DNA of 64,000 bases from a virus (IMGVR_UViG_3300025652_000061:878-64877); one strand, 5' to 3'; shown: positions 1-9,138, counted from the first letter of the stretch. Notes: a model not told the origin generated them from the sequence alone. Made by a program: numbers and translations.

Positions 1-477
1 ACCAACGTACTTGCCGCTCGTTGACGAGCGCGTATCGCCCGCTTCCACCTTCTCGCCATCAGCCGAATCAGCGCAAGCCTTGCAGTAGTCGATGAACCGC
101 TCGACACTTGGGTCTTGCTTCTTCTCCTGCTCAGCCAACTTGTACGCCTCGACCAACTCAGGGGTGGCACTCTTCGCCGCCTGAATCAGCTTGTTCATCC
201 ATGACCGGCTCATGCCATTGGTGAGGTGGGGAACAGCTTGGTCCCATCCATTGGGCAAGTCAGGGTTAGCCTTGAACTGCTCCTTCAGCGTCTCCTTCCA
301 AGCCTCTGAGACCTGCGGCAATTTCTCGCCGAGGGCAAGTGACCTGTCGAAAGCCTCAGCCTTTAGCTTGCCAATCTTGTCGACAGCAGTGGTGATGGTG
401 TTGGTGGTGAAACCTCCGCCGAACTTGTAGTTGGTAGCGGTCGGCGCGTCCGCTTGGGGGGTGTTTGTATTTTGCAT
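1..477 (-). CDS. Early hypothetical protein, 3'-truncated by the window edge (MQNTNTPQADAPTATNYKFGGG...)
   Basis: Manually translated; open from ATG at 477 to position 1; promoter motif directly upstream; absent from the ORF track because there is no stop. Confidence 0.8.
   Translation of the reverse strand, partial: MQNTNTPQADAPTATNYKFGGGFTTNTITTAVDKIGKLKAEAFDRSLALGEKLPQVSEAWKETLKEQFKANPDLPNGWDQAVPHLTNGMSRSWMNKLIQAAKSATPELVEAYKLAEQEKKQDPSVERFIDYCKACADSADGEKVEAGDTRSSTSGKYVG
16..29 (-). repeat. Dispersed palindrome GCTCGTCAACGAGC, copy 1
   Basis: Exact match (reads GCTCGTTGACGAGC on +), inside an early CDS. Confidence 0.95.
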
Positions 478-481
478 AGCA

Positions 482-512
482 CAAGTGTACGACAACATTT
501 CTAATCTCACAA
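482..512 (-). promoter_or_regulatory. Bacteroidota-type promoter TTG-N20-TACACTTG
   Basis: Same geometry as the copies at 60577, 62410 and 63532; ATG 4 nt downstream. Confidence 0.65.
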
Positions 513-587
513 GACAGAAGTGATATTTAATAGCCAACGGGTGTGAACCGACCACGGAGCGCGTCAACAGGGCGAGACACACAAGGT

Positions 588-601
588 GCTCGTCAACGAG
601 C
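588..601 (+). repeat. Dispersed palindrome, copy 2
   Basis: Exact match, in a probably non-coding region. Confidence 0.95.
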
Positions 602-764
602 AGTGCAGGACTACAGGCGAGACGTTACAGGTGAGCGGGACAAGGGGTGGGGTAAAGCGGACCCTCCCCATGTCTCTTCGGGGGATGCGTGGATGGGGTG
701 GGGGGGATGCATTCGTTACAGGCAGGGGACGGGAGGTGGTCGTTCGACGAGCGCGGGTGGTGGT

Positions 765-778
765 GCTCGTCAACGAGC
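765..778 (+). repeat. Dispersed palindrome, copy 3
   Basis: Exact match; degenerate copy GGTCGTTCGACGAGC about 27 nt upstream. Confidence 0.95.
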
Positions 779-1020
779 GGAGGTGGCGGTGGTGGTACGC
801 CCACAGAAAACGCCAAACAATCCGGATGCGGAATCCAAAACATGACCCCCCCCTATCGAAAAAAGTTGACTTCAGATTTGGGCTGGCCTACGTCAAACGC
901 TATAGAACCCAAACACTACGTACACCTACTTAAAAAACTCTACCTTTTTATTGCAAGCAGACAAGTGCGAGCAATTTGGTTAAGGTGGAGCACCTCGGAA
1001 AAGTCCGGGGTGTTCTTGTT

Positions 1021-1200
<180 letters not shown>

Positions 1201-1216
1201 GTACCTTCGTTGGACT

Positions 1217-2749
1217 ATGAATGAAATACCTAAAGACCTTCACTTCGAAGGCGACAAGCTCATCCGTGGCATTGAGCAGTTATCCAAGGCGGTAAAGTCC
1301 ACGCTTGGCCCGAGCGGCCAGACGGTACTTATCGAGAGTCCTCACCACACCCATGGCATTACAGTTACCAAGGACGGTGTTACTGTGGCTAAGGCTGTGG
1401 ACTTGCTTGACCCTGTCGAGAACTTAGCTGTCCGCATGATGAAGGAGGCTGCTGACCGGACGGCCAGTGAGGCGGGTGATGGTACTACTACGAGCATTGT
1501 TTTGGCTGAGGCTTTGGTCAAGGGTGGTATTGCTAAGCTGGACGACGCCAACAAGACGGATGTATTGCGCGAGTTGGTCGAGCTTACTCGCGGTGTTGTT
1601 GCGGACATTGACAGTCGCAGTCGTCGTTTAACTAAGAAGCACGTTCGCAACGTAGCTACTATCAGCGCCAACAACGACAGGGCTATTGGGAAGTTGATTG
1701 CTGACGTATATGGCAAGGTGGGCAAAGACGGTGTTGTCACTGTCGAGAAGAGCATGACCAGCGACACCGGCTTCAACGTCACCCACGGGCTCAAGCTCGA
1801 CCGTGGTTATTCGAGCGAGTTGTTTGTCAACGACCAGAGTCGTGACGAGTGCGTCTTAGAGGACTGCCACGTTATGGTTTGCGACAGTGAGATAAACAAC
1901 GTCTTGGCTATCGAGAACGTCTTGGGTCCTATCATCCGTGAGGGCAAGCGTCTTCTCATCGTTGCTCCGTGCAGCACTCACGTCATCAACACCCTTGCTG
2001 CCAATGTGGTCAAGAAGGGATTAAAGGTCTGCGTTGTTCCTCCTCCCAATTTCGGGTATAAGCAGCACGAGCTTATGCAAGACTTGGCGGTTATTGTTGG
2101 TGCCACGTACTACAGTGAGAAGACGGGCGACGACTTAAGCCTTATGGACCTTGGCGACTTGGGTTTTGCGGACCGCATTGTTGTGGGTCGTGGCGAGACA
2201 ATCATCGTCAAGGAGGCTCGCGAGGACGGCGTCGACGAGCGCATTGCTGAGCTTCACGAGGCTCATAAGCTTGCCCAGCGCAAGGGAGACAAAGACTTCA
2301 TCCATCAACGCATCGCGGGCCTCACCGGCGGCATTGGCGTCATTGAGGTCGGTGGCCATACTGACTTGGAGCAGAAGGAGCTATACGACCGTGTCGACGA
2401 TGCTGTGTGCGCTGTCCGCGCTGCTATGCAGGACGGCGTCGTTCCCGGCGCTGGCGTCACGCTGTACAACATCAGCTCTACCCTTTCTGGCGGCATTGCT
2501 TCCGACATCCTTTGCGCGGCTCTTCGCGCCCCCATGGACCAAATCATGACCAACGCTGGTGTCGACTACGACTACAGTATGACTGACGACGGCTTTGGTT
2601 TCGATGTTAAGAGCGGCGAGTACGGCGACCTTATGGAGATGGGCATCATCGACCCGGCTCGCGTGACCAAGACGGCATTGCAAAACGCTGTCAGCGTTGC
2701 CGTCACCATCCTCAGCACTCGGGCCATCATTACTCTCGCACGGGCATGA
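1217..2749 (+). CDS. groEL: Phage-encoded chaperonin GroEL (Cpn60)
   Basis: TLGPSG, VTKDGVTVAK, AGDGTTT, VVPGAG and IIDP motifs; no GGM tail. Confidence 0.97.
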   Translation: MNEIPKDLHFEGDKLIRGIEQLSKAVKSTLGPSGQTVLIESPHHTHGITVTKDGVTVAKAVDLLDPVENLAVRMMKEAADRTASEAGDGTTTSIVLAEALVKGGIAKLDDANKTDVLRELVELTRGVVADIDSRSRRLTKKHVRNVATISANNDRAIGKLIADVYGKVGKDGVVTVEKSMTSDTGFNVTHGLKLDRGYSSELFVNDQSRDECVLEDCHVMVCDSEINNVLAIENVLGPIIREGKRLLIVAPCSTHVINTLAANVVKKGLKVCVVPPPNFGYKQHELMQDLAVIVGATYYSEKTGDDLSLMDLGDLGFADRIVVGRGETIIVKEAREDGVDERIAELHEAHKLAQRKGDKDFIHQRIAGLTGGIGVIEVGGHTDLEQKELYDRVDDAVCAVRAAMQDGVVPGAGVTLYNISSTLSGGIASDILCAALRAPMDQIMTNAGVDYDYSMTDDGFGFDVKSGEYGDLMEMGIIDPARVTKTALQNAVSVAVTILSTRAIITLARA

Positions 2750-3003
2750 GGGAATATATAGAGAGGTGGCTGGAGCCTTTAGGCGCTAATACCCTTTTCG
2801 CCGACGGTTTTGACGAAGCCATCATCGGCATCACGGAGGTTGACGAGGGTTGGCGGACGTGTTACGATACGGGCCGCATCATGGAGCTGCTCGTCAACGA
2901 GCACGGTATGAGTGAGGTTGAGGCGATGGAGTATTTCGATTTTAATATTGCGGGCGCCTATGTGGGTCCGCTGACACCAATTTTTATTCAATGCGTCCTA
3001 TAG
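2746..3003 (+). CDS. Conserved phage hypothetical protein (ADGFDEAIIG...EYFDFNIAGAYVG)
   Basis: ATGA-coupled to groEL; motif familiar from aquatic phages. Confidence 0.8.
   Translation: MREYIERWLEPLGANTLFADGFDEAIIGITEVDEGWRTCYDTGRIMELLVNEHGMSEVEAMEYFDFNIAGAYVGPLTPIFIQCVL
2889..2902 (+). repeat. Dispersed palindrome, copy 4
   Basis: Exact match; encodes LVNE. Confidence 0.95.
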
Positions 3004-3248
3004 GAAAATACATTATCCTCGACGAGGTCAAGGAGGAGGTGACCACCGAGAGTGGCCTTTTGCTCAGCGCCGAAGACAAGAACCAGCTCCGCTACGGTCG
3101 TGGCATTGTTGTGGCTTCGGGCACCGACGTAGGCACCATCGTCTCTGGCGACGACCTGTACTACGACAAGCGTGCCAGCTACACCATGCTCATCGACGGC
3201 ACTGCGCGCACCATTATTTCTGAGCGCGACGTCGTCGTTGTCTTGTGA
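2991..3248 (+). CDS. groES: Co-chaperonin GroES (Cpn10)
   Basis: MRPIG start, TTESGLLL mobile loop, GIVVASG, C-terminal ISERDVVVVL; next to groEL. Confidence 0.9.
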   Translation: MRPIGKYIILDEVKEEVTTESGLLLSAEDKNQLRYGRGIVVASGTDVGTIVSGDDLYYDKRASYTMLIDGTARTIISERDVVVVL

Positions 3249-3642
3249 ACTCATTTATCTCCATCATGGCATTTCGGTAGACCTTATCGGTATACTTCAC
3301 GTTGCGCTTAAAGGATGGGTTCTTTTGGTCATCGGTAGGGAACTCCTTGCCGTCTATCAGTGCGTACATATATCCTATCACGCGCTTGGCTTTGTATGTC
3401 AGGTTGTATACGCCGAGTCTTGACTTTGACTCTACGGATACTTTCTCTACCCAACCATTCCTTCTCAATCGTTCAAAGCGGTCTTTATCCCATGAGAAGA
3501 CCTTGTCAAATTCCGAGAATTTGGCTTTAGTAAAGTATGGCTCATCGTATAGGAAGATGAGCATCTCTAGGTCGGCGTTGGTTATCCCATACTTACCCCT
3601 TATGAAGTATCGTATGACGCGCCAGTACTTTAAATAGTTCAT
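3214..3642 (-). CDS. Hypothetical protein, possibly a winged-HTH DNA-binding protein
   Basis: 142 aa; DLEMLIFLY...RFERLRRNGWV...YNLTYKA pattern resembles MarR-type wHTH; fills the gap between groES and 3671. Confidence 0.7.
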   Translation of the reverse strand: MNYLKYWRVIRYFIRGKYGITNADLEMLIFLYDEPYFTKAKFSEFDKVFSWDKDRFERLRRNGWVEKVSVESKSRLGVYNLTYKAKRVIGYMYALIDGKEFPTDDQKNPSFKRNVKYTDKVYRNAMMEINEFTRQRRRRAQK

Positions 3643-3670
3643 TGTAATTTGCTGTCACAAGATATTTGAT

Positions 3671-4033
3671 ATGCCACGAATCACAACCACTAAGTCTCAA
3701 GAGGACGGTGTCAAGAGGAAGACTAGGACCATGACCACTAAGTCTGGGGCTACAGTAACCCGCACCAAAACGAAGAGCAAGCTTGGCAAGACTAAGTCTC
3801 AGTCTAAGTCCACTACTTCTTCGAGCGCAAAAAACGGTCGCGTCTCTTCTAGGACCACTACCAACTATCGGACAAAGTCCAAGAAGGGTAAGGGTTCTGC
3901 TGCGAAGAGCAAGGGCACTAAGGTTGTTGTCAAGAAGAGCGGTATGGGAGACGGGTTTACTGGAAATACTGATTCTGGCAAGAGGAAGTCTAGAGCGAGT
4001 ATTACGAGCAAAAAGGCCAGAAGCCGGTACTGA
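3671..4033 (+). CDS. Highly basic K/R/S/T-rich protein
   Basis: Composition; first gene of a coupled cluster. Confidence 0.75.
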   Translation: MPRITTTKSQEDGVKRKTRTMTTKSGATVTRTKTKSKLGKTKSQSKSTTSSSAKNGRVSSRTTTNYRTKSKKGKGSAAKSKGTKVVVKKSGMGDGFTGNTDSGKRKSRASITSKKARSRY

Positions 4034-4125
4034 TGACCCGCGAAGAGTTTTCATATAAGATGGTGTGCTTCGGAATTGCCGGGGCCATCATCTGTATGAT
4101 TATCCATAAGTTTACTCATGGCTAA
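4033..4125 (+). CDS. 30-aa single-TM peptide (MTREEFSYKMVCFGIAGAIICMIIHKFTHG)
   Basis: TGATG coupling; hydrophobic core; manual translation. Confidence 0.5.
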   Translation: MTREEFSYKMVCFGIAGAIICMIIHKFTHG

Positions 4126-4243
4126 GAACAAGATTTGCCCAGCGGGCAAGGCCGCCGCAATGAGGAAGTACAAGAAGTGGAGTGCTTATGCCGCTATGTA
4201 TGCGAGCCGGTATTGCAAGGACAAAAATTTTGACAGGAAATAA
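4118..4243 (+). CDS. 41-aa basic protein (MAKNKICPAGKAAAMRKYKKWSAYAAMYASRYCK...)
   Basis: Manual translation; TAATG-coupled to the next gene. Confidence 0.75.
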   Translation: MAKNKICPAGKAAAMRKYKKWSAYAAMYASRYCKDKNFDRK

Positions 4244-4326
4244 TGGCAAGTAAAGGATATGGCAAGCCGTGTACGGCTAAGGTGAAGGCTAAGGTTATGA
4301 AGCCCCGCAAGCCTAAGAAAAAGTAA
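4243..4326 (+). CDS. 27-aa basic peptide (MASKGYGKPCTAKVKAKVMKPRKPKKK)
   Basis: TAATG coupling at both ends. Confidence 0.7.
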   Translation: MASKGYGKPCTAKVKAKVMKPRKPKKK

Positions 4327-4559
4327 TGGGCGAGCTCAAGAAGTGGCGCGACGAGAAGTGGGTGCGCATCGGTTTGGATGGCAGCATCAAGGGCGAGTGC
4401 GGCACGAGCAAGAACAAGAAGAGCCCAGATAGGTGCCTGCCCCTGTCTAAGGCCAAGAGTTTAAGCAAGGCTCAGCGTGCTGCTACGGCGCGTAAGAAGA
4501 AGGCTGGGAAGAAGCAGTTCGTTTCTAATACTCCTGCGGCAAGAGTTAGTCGCAAATAA
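4326..4559 (+). CDS. Basic protein, DUF5872-like (LKKWRDEKW...RCLP)
   Basis: Motif familiar from aquatic phages; coupled. Confidence 0.8.
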   Translation: MGELKKWRDEKWVRIGLDGSIKGECGTSKNKKSPDRCLPLSKAKSLSKAQRAATARKKKAGKKQFVSNTPAARVSRK

Positions 4560-4571
4560 TTATCTTTGGAT

Positions 4572-4691
4572 ATGACAGTTCAAGAAAAGAAAGAGTATCG
4601 TCGGTCTTTGCGCGATTGGCGCAAGGCAGTCATCCAAGCTAAAGAAGACGGTGTTGAGGCTCCGTCTCGCCCTCGTCGTGCTTCCAAGTAA
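4572..4691 (+). CDS. 39-aa basic protein (MTVQEKKEYRRSLRDWRKAV...)
   Basis: Perfect TATCTTTG box 3 nt upstream; manual translation. Confidence 0.65.
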   Translation: MTVQEKKEYRRSLRDWRKAVIQAKEDGVEAPSRPRRASK

Positions 4692-4774
4692 GCTCATTCG
4701 GTTCCTTAGCCGAAAGAGCGTCAAGCGCCTTGCCCGCTGGGTGATTCCGTATCTTGTAAAAAGAATAAAGCGTA

Positions 4775-5404
4775 ATGCCTATTCCCGCAGGCACAAAATT
4801 TCACGGCGTCGCCGCGAGCGTTGACACCACCGATAGGGGTAGTGCTACCGTGCAGCCTTTGCGCGACGCGTATACCATTGAGGAGATTGCTTCTTCGGGC
4901 ACTTCTGACGTGTATACGCTCAACTCTAGCACCGACGGCGACAACGTAGACTTGAACTTGGATGCTGTCAGCGGCCTCAACTCTACTGTCCAGCTCACGG
5001 CTGGTTCTGGTATCGGTCTCTCTCAGTCTGGCGGTAACAACGTCACCATTGACAATACGCTCAACAACGTTGGCGGCGTAGCTGTTTTGGAGCCTGAGTT
5101 TATGACTGTTGGTCCCGGCGGTTCATCTACTATTACTACGAGCAAAAATATTGTCGACTTGACTTGGGTCGGAGCTGCTGGCACCCACAATCTTACGTTG
5201 CCTTCTGCTGCTGCCATCCCGTATCGTTTTCTGCGTATCGTCAACGACGGCACTGTCACGGCACAGGACAAGGTCGATGTCTATGCTCCGGGTTCTGAGA
5301 CCATTGACGGGCAGGCATCGTATAGGATTAACAAGGTGTATAATGGTATTGCTGTCTGGTCTGACGGCAACAACTGGATTGTCATCCAAGCAAAGAGTAC
5401 GTAA
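4775..5404 (+). CDS. Putative virion fibre/decoration protein with MPIPxGTKFHGVA N-terminus
   Basis: G/S/T-rich; C-terminal LTLPSAA...TIDG...SDGNNWIVI beta domain typical of phage fibres. Confidence 0.75.
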   Translation: MPIPAGTKFHGVAASVDTTDRGSATVQPLRDAYTIEEIASSGTSDVYTLNSSTDGDNVDLNLDAVSGLNSTVQLTAGSGIGLSQSGGNNVTIDNTLNNVGGVAVLEPEFMTVGPGGSSTITTSKNIVDLTWVGAAGTHNLTLPSAAAIPYRFLRIVNDGTVTAQDKVDVYAPGSETIDGQASYRINKVYNGIAVWSDGNNWIVIQAKST

Positions 5405-5703
5405 TGGGTAGGATTCCACGCAGGTTTATTGTGAAAAAGGCACGCGGTCGCCAGTACAAGGAGCGACAAAGTGCTCGTGTCGACCGTCGTCTTGGCGGCG
5501 ACGGCACTGGTCATGGCGCCACTGTCAATCCTTTTACCAATAAATTCTTGAAGTCCCGCAGTCACCCTACGGTACAGAAGGAGGTGGATTGGTACAACTC
5601 TCCTCAGGGAGCTGACTTCAAGAGGGAGTATGAGTTGAAGAAGACTAACGCATTGGGTCGTCCCCGCAAGTATTTCAAATACAAGAAGCGCCGTGGCGAG
5701 TAA
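5404..5703 (+). CDS. Basic hypothetical protein
   Basis: TAATG-coupled; K/R-rich. Confidence 0.7.
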   Translation: MGRIPRRFIVKKARGRQYKERQSARVDRRLGGDGTGHGATVNPFTNKFLKSRSHPTVQKEVDWYNSPQGADFKREYELKKTNALGRPRKYFKYKKRRGE

Positions 5704-5983
5704 GAAAGACATGCCTTGCAACAAGCCTCGCCGGTCTACGAGCAAGGGCAAGAAGATGATGGTCAAGGCTTGTTCTGGTGGCAAGGAGAAGATTATCCAT
5801 TTCGGAGCCAAGGGCTACGGTCATAACTACAGTCCTGCTGCGCGTAAGAGTTTCAAGGCACGACACAAATGTGATACGGCCAACGACAAGCTCACGGCTC
5901 GTTACTGGGCGTGCAAGAAGTTATGGGCTGGCAAGGGCGGAAGCAAGAAGGCGAGCCCTAGCGGTCGGAAAGGAAAGTATTAA
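5693..5983 (+). CDS. Basic protein (IIHFGAKGY...ARKSFKARHKC...ARYWAC)
   Basis: GTG start; motif widespread in aquatic viruses. Confidence 0.8.
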   Translation: MASKKDMPCNKPRRSTSKGKKMMVKACSGGKEKIIHFGAKGYGHNYSPAARKSFKARHKCDTANDKLTARYWACKKLWAGKGGSKKASPSGRKGKY

Positions 5984-5993
5984 CTTAGTAGCT

Positions 5994-6200
5994 ATGAAAC
6001 AGGGATATAACTCTCGCCTCGATGAATCTCTCGGGGCCCGTCACGGAAAAAAGTCTCAGTCCATGAAGTCTCGTCGTAACGAGTCTAAGGGCGCAAGCAA
6101 GGCTTCCGGAAAGAACGCTTACGGTGGTGACCATTCTATGGAAGAGACTCGCCGCGTAAACAACGTTAAGTCTCACCTTTCAAGCTGCATTCGCAAGTGA
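5994..6200 (+). CDS. Basic protein (MKQGYNSRLDESLG...)
   Basis: ATG 5994 preferred over the ORF-track start 5778. Confidence 0.75.
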   Translation: MKQGYNSRLDESLGARHGKKSQSMKSRRNESKGASKASGKNAYGGDHSMEETRRVNNVKSHLSSCIRK

Positions 6201-6343
6201 AAGGTTTAGGCGACAGCATCGAGAAGGTCACCAAAGCCACCGGCATTAAGAAGGTGGTTGATACTGTGGCCAAGGCAACGGGTAAGGATTGCGGGTGCAA
6301 CAAGCGTCGTGACACATTAAACCGAATGTTCCCATACGAATAA
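6197..6343 (+). CDS. 48-aa protein (KGLGDSIEKVTKATGIKK...DCGCNKRR)
   Basis: GTGA and TAATG coupling; CGC motif; manual translation. Confidence 0.8.
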   Translation: MKGLGDSIEKVTKATGIKKVVDTVAKATGKDCGCNKRRDTLNRMFPYE

Positions 6344-6807
6344 TGGCATATCAGAAGTTACAAGTCGAGCGGGCCCTTGAGGTCATCGCCAGCGACACCA
6401 TCAACATCCCTAACGTTGCGGGCGCCACACTTAGTGGCACTACTGATGGAACGGGCACTAACCAGCTTGTCGACTCAGCCCAAGACTTTACGGCGGGAAA
6501 CATCAATGGTCTTGCTGGAAGTATCATTTACACGCCTACTACAGCTCATAAGGTAATCGGCGTAGTTGACGCCAATACCCTTTCTATTACTGGCACTATT
6601 GCTTCCAGTCAGGCTTACGTCATTTACTCTGACGCCAATACGGGGTGCGTCTTGTACAGCGGTGCTGGCGGAGACATCAAGGTTTTGACGGCGGGCAACG
6701 ACGAGGTGACATTTACTGGTGTTGCTGCTGGCGCTTTCATTCCCGTTCAGGTTTTGCGCGTCTTTGCTACCCCTGCTCCTCCTGCCGGAATCATAGCCCT
6801 TTGGTAA
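6343..6807 (+). CDS. Head spike base protein (RcGTA Rcc01079-like) with an internal insertion
   Basis: LYSGAGGDIKV...VTFTGVAAGAFIPVQVLRVFAT...IIALW C-terminal signature. Confidence 0.7.
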   Translation: MAYQKLQVERALEVIASDTINIPNVAGATLSGTTDGTGTNQLVDSAQDFTAGNINGLAGSIIYTPTTAHKVIGVVDANTLSITGTIASSQAYVIYSDANTGCVLYSGAGGDIKVLTAGNDEVTFTGVAAGAFIPVQVLRVFATPAPPAGIIALW

Positions 6808-6808
6808 T

Positions 6809-7648
6809 ATGTTTATTGCCATTGGTGATTCAGTAAACGGCGGCACTGGCACTGGCACTGGCACTGGTGGCGGTGGCGGCACTTCTCGCACGGCCCCTAT
6901 TTTTCAGTATAAGCTTCGCCCTGAGGACCGTATTCCTAAGACTACAAGGTTTGTATTTACTTCACTGAGCACTTTCCCCTTTGAGGTTTATATCGGCGAC
7001 GACACTTACGTGATTAACAGCTCCGCTGATACGATTGCTGTAAACGTTACCGACCCGAACCCTACTGATGTCAGCTTATCTGTTGGCGCTAAGGTCGAAA
7101 TAGATTGGTCTAGAGGTGGCTCATTTGGGATAAACAAGGTCTTACGTATCGATAATCTTATAGTAGGGGGTTCTGAGTTCATCAATTACGAAGACCGAGA
7201 CTTCTCTGATATCTCTACCCTTCCTGCTGAAATCTCATCGAGTTTAATCGGATGTTTTAGTGGCGCTACAGGATTGCCTTCTAACATCGGCTTATGGAAA
7301 GTTGACGGGGTAACCTTGTTCAACGACATGTTTGCGGGGGTACCGGAATCTGTTATGAGCGACACTTTCGGTCAGTGGAAGTTTGGTGACGGCGCTGATT
7401 TTGGCGCTAGTTCTTTCCCAAATCTTAGCGACGCGGACCTTGCGTCTTGCTTGGTTCAATGGGAAGCGAATGCAAACCAAGGGATTAATGTTGATGCTGC
7501 CGGACGACCTTTTGGTAGCGACCCTCGTGGCGGGGGTGCTATACGAGACTTAGACGAGACGGTATACCCTGCTGCTAAGACGGCCTACGACAATCTCATT
7601 GCTAACTCCAACTGGGACTTTGGAGACAGTATCAATTGGGTCTCATGA
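6809..7648 (+). CDS. Putative head fibre with degenerate DUF285/BspA repeats
   Basis: MFIAIG N-terminus plus (GT)n-G linker directly after the spike base; NIGLWKVDGVT..DMF repeat; C-terminus shared with 10039 and 11178. Confidence 0.65.
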   Translation: MFIAIGDSVNGGTGTGTGTGGGGGTSRTAPIFQYKLRPEDRIPKTTRFVFTSLSTFPFEVYIGDDTYVINSSADTIAVNVTDPNPTDVSLSVGAKVEIDWSRGGSFGINKVLRIDNLIVGGSEFINYEDRDFSDISTLPAEISSSLIGCFSGATGLPSNIGLWKVDGVTLFNDMFAGVPESVMSDTFGQWKFGDGADFGASSFPNLSDADLASCLVQWEANANQGINVDAAGRPFGSDPRGGGAIRDLDETVYPAAKTAYDNLIANSNWDFGDSINWVS

Positions 7649-7842
7649 GCAAAGTATATCTCCCAGTTGAGCCTGTGGTCGACCTTACTGAGTTCCTTGC
7701 TATTTTGCCGAACGTCACTGACGAAGCGAATAAAGGAGGATACGTACCTTTCGAAAACCTCATCCCCCCCAGCTCTATTCAGCTTACTGAAGCTGAGGAC
7801 GTAGCTGAAGGGTGGCCCGACCCTAACGCACCAGAAGAATAA
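7645..7842 (+). CDS. Small acidic hypothetical protein
   Basis: ATGA-coupled; 65 aa. Confidence 0.65.
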   Translation: MSKVYLPVEPVVDLTEFLAILPNVTDEANKGGYVPFENLIPPSSIQLTEAEDVAEGWPDPNAPEE

Positions 7843-7845
7843 GAC

Positions 7846-9138
7846 ATGCCTATACCTCCCGGAACAAAATTTCACGGCGTCGCTCCCGACGTCGAAACAG
7901 AGAACAAGGGGTCCGCGAGCCGCAATGCCAACCGTGACGTCTACACCATTGAGGAGTTTGGCGGCGGCGGCGGCGGCGGAATTTTTGAGACCGATATCCT
8001 GTACAACCTTACTAACGGACATACGTTCGGTCGCCTTTCTGGCAACGGAACCTACCCTGTTGGTGATAGTGGTGTAACGGTTGTCGATTTCATCCGCGAC
8101 GTTCTCATTATGCAGAGCGCGACTTTCAGTGCCACTCCTATCCCTGCTTGGCAATACAACCTCACTAACATCGACATCAATGTTCAGTGGCAGTATACCG
8201 GTGGAGACAACGCGACTTTGGTTCGCCGCGTCAACGGTGGGGCTATCGAAGAGTTGCAGACGGGCATTGCTCCCGGCAGCGGAACTTTCTTGGATGAGAC
8301 GCTGCCTACGTTCCCGGAGTTTGTCATCAACTACGTTTACTACTATCTGAACATCTTTGATGCTGAGGGCAATCAGCTCCTTCAGGACGTAGCTATTGCT
8401 ACCCAGCAAGCGTATATGGTTCCTGCTGTCACGACAAGTGTTGAAGCCGACAACGACGGTCGCTCTCCCGACGAGACTGGACTTATCCGAGAGTGGGGTA
8501 ATGACGCTAGTAGTATCGAAGGTGTAGCCACGAAGATGTCTACCTACGTTCCTATGACGGAGGTTCGCGTGTATCGCGGTGCTACTGAGCTTGCTTCAGC
8601 CACTGTTATTGGTGACCCTGCCAGCGAGACTTTAGCTGTTCCCGGAGATGCCCCTGCTAGTCCTACTACTGACTTTACGTATACGACGCAGGTTTCGGAT
8701 ACGCAGAGCGACAACGATGGTGACATCTATGCCAACATCAGTGCTGACCAGACGGTTTCTATGCGTCCTCCCATGATGTTTATCGCAAGCTCTTTGGATG
8801 GTTCTGGCGCTACTCCCGGTCAGGCTTTGTACAATTCTTACGCCTCGGCTACGGACGGCTACTTCCGTCTTTTCGCTGGCGAGTTTGCTGAGACGTTCTC
8901 TACTGTAGCTACCATGGCTGACGTAAGCAACTACGCTTGGATTCTCTATGACGATTCCCTTGGTGCTCCTGAGCTTCGTCAGGGCGGCCCTACAGGTCCT
9001 ATCGTCAACTTTGACGACTTCGGCACTGAGACCATCACTAACGACTTTGGTGTGAGTGTAACCGTTCGCTTGCTCCGTTCACCCTTTACTGGTCCTTTCT
9101 CTACAGGCACCAACTTCTACATTTCATCTAATGGCTGA
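7846..9138 (+). CDS. Putative virion fibre protein with MPIPxGTKFHGVA N-terminus
   Basis: N-terminal ~38 aa similar to 4775; poly-Gly linker; beta-rich acidic body. Confidence 0.75.
   Translation: MPIPPGTKFHGVAPDVETENKGSASRNANRDVYTIEEFGGGGGGGIFETDILYNLTNGHTFGRLSGNGTYPVGDSGVTVVDFIRDVLIMQSATFSATPIPAWQYNLTNIDINVQWQYTGGDNATLVRRVNGGAIEELQTGIAPGSGTFLDETLPTFPEFVINYVYYYLNIFDAEGNQLLQDVAIATQQAYMVPAVTTSVEADNDGRSPDETGLIREWGNDASSIEGVATKMSTYVPMTEVRVYRGATELASATVIGDPASETLAVPGDAPASPTTDFTYTTQVSDTQSDNDGDIYANISADQTVSMRPPMMFIASSLDGSGATPGQALYNSYASATDGYFRLFAGEFAETFSTVATMADVSNYAWILYDDSLGAPELRQGGPTGPIVNFDDFGTETITNDFGVSVTVRLLRSPFTGPFSTGTNFYISSNG

Noticed and set aside
4692-4774. Intergenic hairpin as tRNA or ncRNA
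   Set aside because: Only a short imperfect stem with no cloverleaf; no tRNA was recognised anywhere in the window by eye
6839-6883. (GGCACT)n tandem, and (GGC)n near 7960, as regulatory repeats
   Set aside because: In-frame Gly/Thr linkers; length changes would not shift the frame
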